Shown here piece by piece: positions 54,233 through 64,000 of a DNA stretch of 64,000 nt (positions are counted from its first letter, which is position 1; each line of letters begins with the position of its first letter). The notes under the pieces were generated by a model. It saw only the letters and a list, made by a program, of their open reading frames with translations. It was not told the DNA's origin and made no database searches. Origin of the DNA: an uncultured delta proteobacterium (GTDB lineage Bacteria > Myxococcota_A > Polyangia > Haliangiales > Haliangiaceae); the NCBI GenBank assembly GCA_963743525.1, contig CAVUQH010000003.1:1088001-1152000 (forward strand), in the 5' to 3' direction. Position numbers and translations under genes: made by a program.

Positions 54233-54286
54233 CGCCCGCCGCTGCCCGACCGGGGCGCCGGTGCCGGCCCGGACTCCGCCAGGTTC

Positions 54287-54314
54287 TCAAGGATTCGTCG
54301 GTTCGTACCGATAT
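54287..54314 (+). promoter_or_regulatory. Putative sigma28 (FliA/WhiG-type) promoter
   Basis: TCAA(54287-54290)-N16-ACCGATAT(54307-54314), followed by a purine-rich RBS region and GTG 54344. Confidence 0.5.
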
Positions 54315-54343
54315 GAGGGGGAACCTGGCGAGAGGGCAGGCTA

Positions 54344-56709
54344 GTGACGACCTTGGAGAGCACCCTGAAACCCGTGGCCGTGGCCTCGGCGCGGCCCCGG
54401 ACGGTGACGCTCCGGTCGGCTGCGTCACCGGTCGCACTCGTCTTCGTCACGGTCGTGACCGCCGGCGTCGCGCCCTCGCCGGTGCGCGTCGCCACCGCGC
54501 TGGCCGTCATCGCCATCGTCGGTGCGCCGCTCGTCCTGCGTCGCGCCCCGTGTTCCCCGGCCAGCTGCAGCTCGGCGTGGCCGTCGCCGTGCTGGGGTTC
54601 ACCGGCGGTGGCATCGCCACCGGGGTCGAGAGCACCGGGTGGCGGCCGCTGGTGGCCATCCTCGCCTACCCGTTGCTGGTGCAGTCGCTGCTCGGTGAGG
54701 TGGCCCGCTTCCGCCTGGTTCGCCGATCGGACCTGCTCGTGGAAGCCGCCCTCATCGGGGCCGCCACCGCCATCGTGCTCCAGGCCGGCATCGAGTGGCA
54801 GGCCGGCGCCGACCCGTCGATCGGCGCCATCGCCCGCAGCGGGCTCCCCGCCCTCCTCGTCGGCCTCGACATCGCGGTCATCGTGGTCGCTTCGTGGTCA
54901 CTGCGGGTGCCGGCCGCCCGTCGCGGACCGCTCGGCGTGATCGCCGCCGGGCTCGTGGCCCTGTTCTGCGGCCACGCCCTCACCGCGATCCAGCTCGGCA
55001 CCGGCGCCGGCCCGGCCTCGGGCACCCACGCCGAATGGCTGGTGGTGCTCGCCATGGTCGCGGTCGGAGCAGCGGCCATCCAGGCCACGATCGCTCCCAC
55101 GTCACCGGAGACGGTCGCCGAGCCACCGTTGTTCTCCCACGGGCACGCCGCCCTCGTGGTGATCTCGTTGCTGGCCGCACCGACGGTCCTGGCCGTGCAC
55201 GCCGTCAACGGCATCGGTGTGTCCACCACCATCGCCACGGGTACCGGCGTCAGCGGCCTGGTCCTGGCCAACTACCTGATCGAGCTGCTGCGTGAACGGG
55301 CCGACGGCGAGCACCAGGCCACCCACGACGTGCTCACCGATCTCCCCAACCGCCTCCTGTTCATGGACCGGCTCGAACGGGCCATCGCCCACGCCGGCCG
55401 CAACGACAAGCCGGTCGGCGTGCTGTACATCGATCTCGACCGCTTCAAGGACGTGAACGACACGCTCGGCCACCACGTCGGTGACCAGCTGCTCCGCATC
55501 ACGTCCCAGCGGCTCCTCGACGCCGTGCGCTACGAGGACACGGTGGCCCGGCTCGGCGGCGACGAGTTCGCCGTGCTGCTCCCCCATCTCGCCGCCGCCG
55601 ACGACATCGTCCAGGTGGCCGAGCGGATCCTCGCCAACCTGGGCGAGCCCATCGAGTTGGCCGGACACAAGATGCGCAACCCGGCGAGCCTGGGTGCCGC
55701 CACCTTCCCCACCGACGGTGCCGACCCCGAAGCGCTGCTCGCCGCTGCGGACGGCGCCATGTACCGGGCCAAGGAGCTCGACGGTCCGGCGGTGGTGGCC
55801 TGCAGCACCCAGCCGGTCTCCGACGCCGCCGAACGACTGGAGACCGAGACCGCCCTGCACGCCGCCATCGGCAACGACGAGCTCGTGTTGTTCTACCAAC
55901 CGATCTTCGACGCCCAGAGCGAGAGCGTCGTCGGCGCCGAGGCGCTGGTCCGCTGGAACCACCCGGAGAAGGGCCTGCTCGGTCCCGGCCAGTTCATCCC
56001 GGTGGCCGAGAAGTCGGACCTCATCGTCATGGTCGGTGCGTGGGTCGTCGCCGAGGCGTGCCGGGAGCAGGTGCGCTGGGCCAAGCTCGGCTTCGGTGAC
56101 CGGTTCATCACCGTCAACATCAGCGCCAAGCACTTCAACCACGACGTGGTGTCGACCGTGACCGCCGCCCTTCGGGCGACGGGCGCCGACCCCAGCAAGA
56201 TCATCGTCGAGGTGACCGAGAGCGCCGCGGTCGACGACATCGAGCTCATCGCCGCCCGCCTGCAGGAACTGCGTGATCTCGGCGTGCGCTCCGCGCTGGA
56301 CGACTTCGGCACCGGCTACTGCGGCCTGCAGTACCTCAGCGACCTGCCGGTCGACACCCTGAAGATCGACCGGTCGTTCGTGCAGTCCATGACCCCCCGG
56401 TCGGCGGCCATCGTCGACGCCACCATCGCCATGTCCCACAGCCTCGGCCTGAAGGTGGTCGCCGAGGGTGTCGAGACGTCCGAACAGCAGCGCTTCCTCC
56501 AGCACCAGGGTTGTGACCGCCTGCAGGGCTTCCATCTGGGACGCCCCGTGCCGGCCGACGAGTTCGTCGAGCGGTTCCTGGGCGGCGTGCGTGCGCTGCT
56601 CAGCCGCCCACCCGCCGGTGCGGCGACGCCGGCACCTGCCCAACCCCCGGCACCGGCACCGGCTGCCGTTCGCCAGACGAGCCACGCCGCCAGCCACGCC
56701 GCCGGCTGA
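54344..56709 (+). CDS. Membrane-bound diguanylate cyclase/phosphodiesterase (TM-GGDEF-EAL); frameshift near 54550
   Basis: HDVLTDLPNR, DLDRFKDVND, RYED I-site, GGDEF, EALVRW, DDFGTGY, AEGVET. Confidence 0.92.
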
Positions 56710-56715
56710 GCCGGC

Positions 56716-58393
56716 CTACAGCTGCTTCACCCACTGCTCGCCGGCGGCCAGCCGCCGGACGAGCTGGTCGGCCGTGGCCTCGGTGACCTTGCGGACCCCG
56801 GCTGCGCCGGTTGAGCTCGCCGTTGACCTCGCGGTGCGACTTGCCCGGTGACCGCCACCAGGTGGGCGACGAGGGCGGCGTTGTCCTTGCGCAGCTTGGA
56901 CTTCGTCTCGGCCAGGGGCCGACGCGACCGCGGCGCCGACGAGTACGCCGCTCGCGCCGGCGGCGGCAGCGGCGGCAGTCGGGATCTCGAGCGACTCGTC
57001 GCCGTCGTCGGGCTCCCACACCAGCTCCTCGGCCGACGTCGGCGTCGTCGTCGGGCCGTCGGCGCCCTCGACGCCGGTGGCCACGGCCGACATGGCCTGG
57101 AACAGCGACAGCTGCTCGTCGTCGCCGACCTCGTCGAGCGCGGCGGCCTGCTCGAGGTCGTCGATGCCGTCGTCGTCGTCGGCTCGCCGGCGCTTGAACA
57201 GCGAGTGGCGGCGCTGCTCGGCGATGCCCGTCGGCCAGGCGTCGCAGGCGCGGGTCGTCGGGGATGTACAGCCACGCCCGCTGGCGTGCGCAGCCCGCGG
57301 GTCCAGCGCACGAGGCGGCCCACGCGCCTGGCGGAAGAACAGCTCGGTGGTGGTGTTGGTGGCGAACACGCCGACCCGCAGGCGGGGGATGTCGACGCCC
57401 TCGGACACCATGCGCACCGCGACGATCCACGGGTCGTCCCGACGCGGCGAAGCGGGCGATCCGGGCCGAGGCCATCGGGTCGTCGGAGGTCGCCACCGTG
57501 GCCCGGATCCGCCGAGCGGCGCTCGAGCAGCTCGGCGATGGCCCGGGCGTGCTCCACGTCCATGGCGATGACCAGGCCCGCCGGCGTCGGGCTGGGTGCG
57601 GCGCGACCTCGAGCAGCCGGCGGTGGGCGTCCGTCGAGCACGGTCGGCAGCCACTCGCCCTCGAGCGACAGGGCGGTGCGCAGCCGCTGGTTGGCCCGGG
57701 CCGCGGTCGAGCTCGTCGTCGAAGTCGTGGCGAGTGGAACTGCGCCGTCGGGCGCCGACCCACTCCATGTGCCCCTTGATGCGGGGGAAGTGCACCGGGC
57801 GGACCACGCCGCCGTCGCGCAGGGCGTCGCCGTAGCCGTACTCGAAGTCGGGCACGGCCTCCTCCCACTCGTAGGTGACGAACGGGATCGGCGTCGGTGT
57901 CGGAGCGGAACGGCGTGCCCGACAGGCACAGGCGCCGGCCGGCGCCGGCGAACGCGATCGCGCAGGCCGTCGCCCCAGGCCCGGTCGTCGCCGGCGTGGT
58001 GGACCTCGTCGAGGACGACGAACCCGCCGTCGGGCGAGCCGGCGCGAGCGCCAGCGGGCTGGAGGCCACCTGCTGGTAGGTGGTGACGATGCCGTGCATG
58101 TCGGCCGGGCAGGGCGTCGCCGGCGCCGTCCAGAACGGCTCGAGGTGCGAGGTCGAAGCGCGGCCGCGGCCTGGGCCCACTGGCGCTTGAGGTGCTGGGT
58201 CGGGGCGACCACGACCAGCCGGCGCGTCGGGGTGCTCGGCCAGCCAGTGGCGGGCCGCGGTGAGGGCGAAGGTGGTCTTGCCGGCGCCCGGCGTGGCCAC
58301 GGCCAGGAAGTCGGCGCCGCCGGCGCCGACCCGGTCCGGAACCGCTCGAGGGCCGTCCTTCTGCCAGGGGCGGAGTCGGATCGTGCGGGCCAT
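56716..58393 (-). CDS. SF2 DEAD/DEAH-box helicase, frameshifted
   Basis: LRPWQ, ATPGAGKT, LDEVHHAGD, LSGTPFRSD, VRMVSEGVDIPRL. Confidence 0.88.
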
Positions 58394-58491
58394 GGGGCGT
58401 CCGAGCATAGGGGCCACGGGCCACGCATCCGACCACCCCGATGTGGCAACGGCGTTGCCAGTCTAGGCGCGCACGGCTATCGTCGCCGTCG

Positions 58492-59625
58492 ATGATCAGC
58501 GTCGACACGTTCCGCGCCGAGGCCGAGGCGTGGCTCGCCGAGCAGACAGCCCACCGCCCCGCCCGACTGGGGGGCGATCATGCCGCCCGAGCGCCGGGAC
58601 GCAGGGCATGGAGTGGCAGCAGCGCATGCACGCCGCCGGCTTCGCCGGCATCCACTGGCCCGACGAGTACGGCGGTCGGGGCCTCACGGTCGAGCACCAC
58701 CAGGCCTGGATGCGAGCTCTGCGCCGACGCCGGCGTCCCGCCGTTCCTCAACATGGTCGGCCTCGTGCTGGCCGGCGGCGCGCTCCAGCTGTTCGGCACC
58801 GAGGACCAGAAGCAGGCCCACCTGCCCCCGACCGTCGAGGGCGAGCGGGTCTGGTGCCAGCTGTTCTCCGAGCCCGGCGCCGGCTCCGACCTGGCCGGCC
58901 TGCAGACGCGGGCCGAGCTCGACGGCGACACCTGGGTCGTCAACGGCCAGAAGGTGTGGTGCTCGGGCGGTCGGGCGTCGCGACTGGGGCATCCTGCTCG
59001 CCCGCACCGAACCCGACGGCGCCGCAAGCACGAGGGCATCTCGTTCTTCCTCATCGACATGTCCAGCGCCGGGCGTCGAGACCCGACCGCTGCGCCAGAT
59101 GACCGGCGACGCCGAGTTCGACGAGGTGTTCCTCACCGACGTCCGCCTGCCCGCCGACGCGCTGCTCGGCGAACGGGGCCAGGGCTGGGAGATCGCCATG
59201 TCGGCCCTCACCAACGAGCGGGGCCACATCGGCGGCATGGGCCGGGCGATCACCAAGCGGCTCGAGGCCATGCAGGCGCTGGCCGCCGCGACGGCGGCCT
59301 CGACGCCCGTGGCGCCAGCGACCGGCTCGTCGCAGCTCTACGTCCGGGGCCGGGCCTACCTGGCCATGACCCAGCGCCAGGGCCCGACGGCCTCGGTCGG
59401 CTCGTCGCTCGGCAAGCTCGGCATGACCGGCTTCCTGTTCGACCTGGCCGAGCTGCGCACCGACATCGCCGGCGCCGACGGCATGCTCGCCGGCCCCGAC
59501 GTCCGACGGCCTGCTCGCCGCGCCCGGGCGGCTGGTTCGGCGGCGGCACCAGCCAGGTGCAGCGCAACATCATCGGCGAGCGCATCCTCGGCCTGCCCCG
59601 GGAGCCCCGGCCGAGCGCGTCAGGA
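58492..59625 (+). CDS. Acyl-CoA dehydrogenase, frameshifted; stop uncertain
   Basis: WCQLFSEPGAGSDLA, NGQKVW, FDEVFL, GGTSQVQRNIIGERILGLP. Confidence 0.88.
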
Positions 59626-60050
59626 GTCGGGCGGTCGTCGGCCCGGCCGCTGGACCACCGGCGAGCCGTGGTGGTGGACGAGGCGCCAGCCCGTCGGCGG
59701 CCACGGACGAAGACGTTGGTGGCGGCCACGGCCTGGGTGCGCGCCGCCGTCGATCAGGTTCTCGTTGCACGTCACCCACGCGGCGTCGCCGACGACGGTG
59801 GACCCGCTCGTCGGTGACGATGAACTGGAGCCGCTGGGGGCCGTCGAAGAGCGCGAACCACGACGCCGCCACCGACGCCCAGCCGGACAGGATCGCCCAC
59901 CCGGGATGGACGCATGGTCGACACGGTCGGTGTGCTCCCAGACGTCGGACATGGCGTCGAGGTCGCGCGCCTCGAACGCGGCGTAGAACGCGGCGTTGGC
60001 GGCGCGCACGGCGCACGGCGTGCGCGGGTCCTCGTCGGTCGGACGTCCAT
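59620..60050 (-). CDS. SnoaL/NTF2-like protein, frameshifted
   Basis: ANAAFYAAFEARDLDAM, HPGW, AWVTCNENL, ATNVF, WRLVHHHGSP. Confidence 0.85.
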
Positions 60051-60129
60051 GCGGGGGCCGACGGTAGCTCCTGCAGCGCTGCCGAGGTCCGGTCTGCGCG
60101 TGGCGACGGCGGTGCCAGGATGACCGACG

Positions 60130-60968
60130 ATGACCACCGTCGTCACTCCACCGACGGGGTGCGCAGCTCGCCGTCCACGAGCTCGGCGACCCGCCCCCCG
60201 ACGCCCGACCGCTGCTCCTGTGCCACGCCACCGGCTTCCACGGGCGGGTCTGGCGAGGCGTTGGCCGCCGAGCTGCCCGACCGGCGGTGCCTGGCTCTCG
60301 ACTTCCGCGGCTTCGGCGACTCCACCGAACCCGACGGCGAGCTCGACTGGTACGGCTTCGCCGACGACGTGCTGGCGGTCGTCGACCACTACGGGCCTCG
60401 ACCACGTGCAGGCGGTCGGGCACTCCAAGGGCGGCGCCGCCCTGCTGCTGGCCGAGGAGGCAGCGACCGGGCACCTTCGAGCGCCTGGTGTGCTTCGAGC
60501 CGATCGTGTTCCCGCCGAGGCCCGAGGAGGAGCGGGGCGACGAACCACCTGGCCGAGATCACCCGCCACCGCCGCGAGACGTTCGACTCCTTCGACGAGG
60601 CGATCGAGCGGTTCGCCGCCAAACCGCCGCTCGGCTCGCTGCGTCGCGACGTCCTCGAGGACTACGTCCGCCACGGGTTCTTCGAGCAGGACGACGGCAC
60701 CATCCGTCTCAAGGCCCGGCGCGAGCACGAGGCCATGACCTACGAGATGGGGCCCCGACACGACGGCTTCGCCCGGCTCGGCGAGGTCCACTGCCCGGTG
60801 CTGGTGGCCCACGGCGGCGACGGCGACGGCCCGGCCCAGATCGCACCGCTGGTCGCCGAGGCCCTGCCCGCGGGCACGCTGCGGTCGTTCCCCGAGCTCG
60901 GCCACTTCGGACCGCTCGAGGACCCGGCGGGCTTCGCCCACGTCGTTCGGGCGTTCCTCGATGCCTGA
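60130..60968 (+). CDS. Alpha/beta hydrolase, frameshifted
   Basis: HATGFH, DFRGFGDS, GHSKGG nucleophile elbow, GHFGPLE. Confidence 0.85.
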
Positions 60969-61041
60969 TGTCGATGGCGTGCTGTCGAGGTGTGACGGCG
61001 CGTCCGCGTTCGTTGTCGTACCCCGGACGTAGCCTCTGATC

Positions 61042-61886
61042 ATGGCCCCGTCGCCCGGAGCGCTCCCGCTGCCCGGTTCGCTGTCGCCCTCCAAGCTGGC
61101 GAGCTTCACCTCCTGCGGGCTGCAGTTCCGCTTCACCACCATCGACCGGCTGCCCGAGCCACCAACGGTCCCCGCCACCCGCGGCACCCTGGTGCACGCC
61201 GCACTCGAGCACCTCTTCACCCTCCCCGCCGAAGCGCGTGCCCCGAGATCGGCGACGCCTGCGTCGACGTGGCGCTCGAGCGCCTGCGCCCCGACGCCGA
61301 CTGGACCGGTCTCGGCCTCGATGCCCAGGGCGAGGAGCAGCTGCGTGACCAGGCGCGCTCGCTCGTGCAGCGCTACTTCCGGCTGGAGGACCCCCGCACC
61401 GTCCACCCCGTCGGCCTCGAGCTCAAGATGGAGGTCGAGGTCGGCGGCGTGCGCCTACGCGGCATCATCGACCGGCTCGACCTGGTCGACGGCGAGCTCG
61501 TGGTCACCGACTACAAGACCGGCCGGGCACCGGGCGACGGGTACGCGCGGGCCAAGATGACCGGGGTGCACGTCTACTCGCTGATGTGCGAGCGCACCTT
61601 CGGACGCCGCCCGGTACGGGTGCAGCTGCTCCACCTGGCCGAACCGGTGGCCATCGTGGCCGAGCCGTCCGAGCAGTCGGCCACCGGTCTCGAGCGGCGC
61701 ATCGGGGCCGTGTGGCGGGCGGTCGAGGCCGCCTGCGAGCACGACGACTTCCGTCCCCGCCCGTCCCGCCTGTGCGACTGGTGCGCGTTCCAGCAGTGGT
61801 GCCCGTCGTTCGGCGGCGACCCCACCAAGGCCCGCGAAGAGCTCACCGGATCGGGTCAGCTGTCCCTGGTCGAGGCCGCGTCGTGA
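61042..61886 (+). CDS. PD-(D/E)XK RecB/Cas4-like nuclease with four Cys; frameshift near 61245
   Basis: LSPS...SCGLQF, RGTLVH, RGIIDRLD, TDYKTG, CDWCAFQQWCP. Confidence 0.88.
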
Positions 61887-62482
61887 CCGACCAGATCGAC
61901 ATCGCGCTCCCCACACCGCCCCAGCCCCGCGAAGCCAACGCCGTCGTCCGCTTCGACGCGGTCGTCGACGGCTTCTTCGAGCGCCTGCGGGGCAACGCCA
62001 CGGTCGATCGCGTCTTCTACACCGCATCCGAGCTGGGCGACTGGAGCGTGATCTGGCACCTGCTGGCGGTGCTGCGAGGGCTCCGGCACGACAGCGACCT
62101 CCACGGCACCCTGCGTGTGGTCACCATCATGGGGGCCGAGTCGGTGGTCGTGAACGGCCTCGTCAAGTCCCTGTTCCGCCGATCCCGCCCCGTGCACGAC
62201 GCTCCCCGGCCGCACCGGTTGCGCCAACCGAGCACGTCGAGCTTCCCGTCCGGGCACGCCACCGCAGCGGCCGTGTTCACGGTGGTCGCGGGCGAGGACG
62301 ACCGGTGGGCACCGCTCTATGCCGCCGTCGCCGCCACCGTGGCCACCTCGCGGGTCCACGTGCGCATCCACCACGCCTCCGACGTCGCCGGCGGGTTGAT
62401 CATCGGCACGGCGCTGGGCCTCGGCCTCCGGCGCTGGTGGCCGGCCGGCCGGCGCTGGCCCCGGGGCATCGGCTCGCGCTGA
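61883..62482 (+). CDS. PAP2 family phosphatase
   Basis: KSLFRRSRP, SFPSGHA, SRVHVRIHHASDV. Confidence 0.9.
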   Translation: MTDQIDIALPTPPQPREANAVVRFDAVVDGFFERLRGNATVDRVFYTASELGDWSVIWHLLAVLRGLRHDSDLHGTLRVVTIMGAESVVVNGLVKSLFRRSRPVHDAPRPHRLRQPSTSSFPSGHATAAAVFTVVAGEDDRWAPLYAAVAATVATSRVHVRIHHASDVAGGLIIGTALGLGLRRWWPAGRRWPRGIGSR

Positions 62483-62513
62483 AGCGAGCCACCGCCTCTC
62501 CTACCCTGGCACC

Positions 62514-63943
62514 GTGGCGTACGAGGTCATCCGCCGACTGGCGCGCGGCGGTATGGGCGTGGTCGACCTCGCCCGCGACGACGACGGCCGCCTGGTGGCC
62601 TGCAAGCGGCTGGCGCTGCACGGGACGGCCAGCGAGATGCAGCAGGCGCACGTGCGGTTCCGCCGCGAGCTCGACGTGCTCCGCAGCCTCGACCACGAGG
62701 CCGTCGTCCCCCTCCTCGACGTGCTCGACGACGCCGGCGAGGTCGTCCTCGTCATGCCCTACCTGTCCGGCGGCAACCTGGCCGAGCGGGTCGGCCGAAC
62801 ACGGTCCCCTGCCGCCCGACCAGGTCCGGGCCATCGCCGACCGGCTGCTGCCCGCGCTGGCCACGGCCCACCGGCTGGGCATCATCCACCGCGACGTCAA
62901 ACCGGCCAACGTCCTGTTCGACGAGCAGGGGAAGGCCTACCTGGCCGACTTCGGCGTCGCCCGCACCCGCGACATCACCGGCGGGCTGACCCACACCGGG
63001 GTGGTGCTCGGCACGCCCGGGTTCCTCGTCCCCCGAGCAGGCCAGGGGCGACGCCCTCACCTCCGCGTCCGACATCGCCAGCCTCGGCGCCACGCTGCAC
63101 TTCGCCGTCACCGGCCTGAGCCCCTACGGAGACGGCGAGGCCCCGGCGGTGCTCCTGCGCACCGCCCGCGCCAAGGCGCGTGTCGACCGGACGATCGAGC
63201 CGCGACTGCGCCGGATGCTGGTGGCCATGCTCGACCCGCGCCCCGAACGACGCCCGACGGCGGCGGCCCTGGCCGGCGGGGCGGCCGGCACCCACCCCAT
63301 TCCGCTGCTCGTCCGGCGCCACCGCACCGCGTTCGCCGCGGGCGTGGCCGCGGTGGCGGTCCTGGTCGTGGCCGGGGTGGTGCTGACCGGACGGGGCGGC
63401 GACGGCGGCGAGCTGGTCGCCACCACGACCGCACCGGCAACCGCCCCCACCTCCACCGATCCGCCGTGCCAGCCCCTTCCGTACCAGCCGTGCGGCCAGC
63501 CCGCGGCCCCGTACACCGATGGCCGTCGGTGCATCGACGACCACGCCGACTACGACGGTCTGGCGGCCAACGGCTGCGAGGCGGCACCCGACACCGTCGA
63601 CGGCACCGACCTGGTCGAGCGCATCAGCGCCAACATCGTGCCGGCCGACGACGTCGACCGCTATCCCGTGCACATCAGCGACGCCGGCGACCTGCTGTGC
63701 AACAACACCTTCCACCTCCGCCTGGTGGCACCCGACGGTCTGGCCCTGCTCCTCGAGCTCTACGACGGCGGCGGCGAACTCGTCGACCGGGCCACGTCCG
63801 CCGACGGCGTCGCCGGCGAGATCACCGTCTCGGACCCGCGTTGCTTCCGCAGCGACGAGGCCGACTACGTCGCCGAAGTGCGACCGAGCGGCAGCGACCG
63901 GACCGCCGCCGACTACGTGTTGACCCGCGAAGGCAGCTTCTGA
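62514..63943 (+). CDS. Hanks-type Ser/Thr protein kinase with TM and Cys-rich extracellular region; frameshifts near 62800 and 63030
   Basis: LARGGMGVV, VACK, IHRDVKPAN, ADFGVA, GTPGF; TM AAGVAAVAVLVVAGVVL. Confidence 0.88.
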
Positions 63944-63952
63944 GGCTGAGGC

Positions 63953-64000
63953 TCAGCGCCCGAACAGGCGGTCGAGCAGGCCCCGCTCCTCGTCGGGGAG
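63953..64000 (-). CDS. 3' end of a gene extending beyond the window (...LPDEERGLLDRLFGR*)
   Basis: Open frame ending at TGA, convergent with the kinase. Confidence 0.45.
   Translation of the reverse strand, partial: LPDEERGLLDRLFGR

Noticed and set aside
52582..56709. 1375-aa ligase-SDR-GGDEF-EAL megaprotein
   Set aside because: Chance stop-free frame across three genes; the SDR has its own start and stop, and an intergenic promoter follows
56716..61886. Helicase plus Cas4-like nuclease as an anti-phage or CRISPR system
   Set aside because: Not adjacent or co-oriented, separated by metabolic genes; both resemble common actinobacterial chromosomal families

Overview
High-GC bacterial chromosomal window, most likely Actinomycetota of Acidimicrobiia type (inferred from kgd, nucS, WS/DGAT, VanW and a FadD19-like ligase). 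It holds about 57 densely packed genes: DNA repair (UvrD-HRDC, xth, nucS, SF2 helicase, Cas4-like nuclease), kgd, Ktr K+ uptake, a family 1 encapsulin with encapsulated ferritin, ettA, an orphan form II CoxL-like subunit, cysDNC/cysQ, a Liv-type ABC importer with a large unknown membrane/surface protein, lipid-metabolism genes, a group 2 sigma-70, a GGDEF-EAL protein and a Ser/Thr kinase. Many genes are split by 1-bp indels, most likely long-read consensus errors, so split ORFs are merged here and some ends are approximate. I saw no rRNA, tRNA, CRISPR array, transposase or integrase. Best leads: (1) a Regnase-like NYN nuclease fused to an S1 domain and a histone-H1-like tail; (2) a small Sm/Hfq-fold-like ORF behind a sigma28-like promoter; (3) an 832-aa membrane plus surface protein inside the ABC operon; (4) an MBL-hydrolase/5-formyl-THF cyclo-ligase fusion; (5) a SARP regulator with a nucleophile-less hydrolase domain; (6) MITE/REP-like palindromic elements; (7) pervasive leaderless-gene signatures. 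All family calls come from motif recognition by eye, not database searches.
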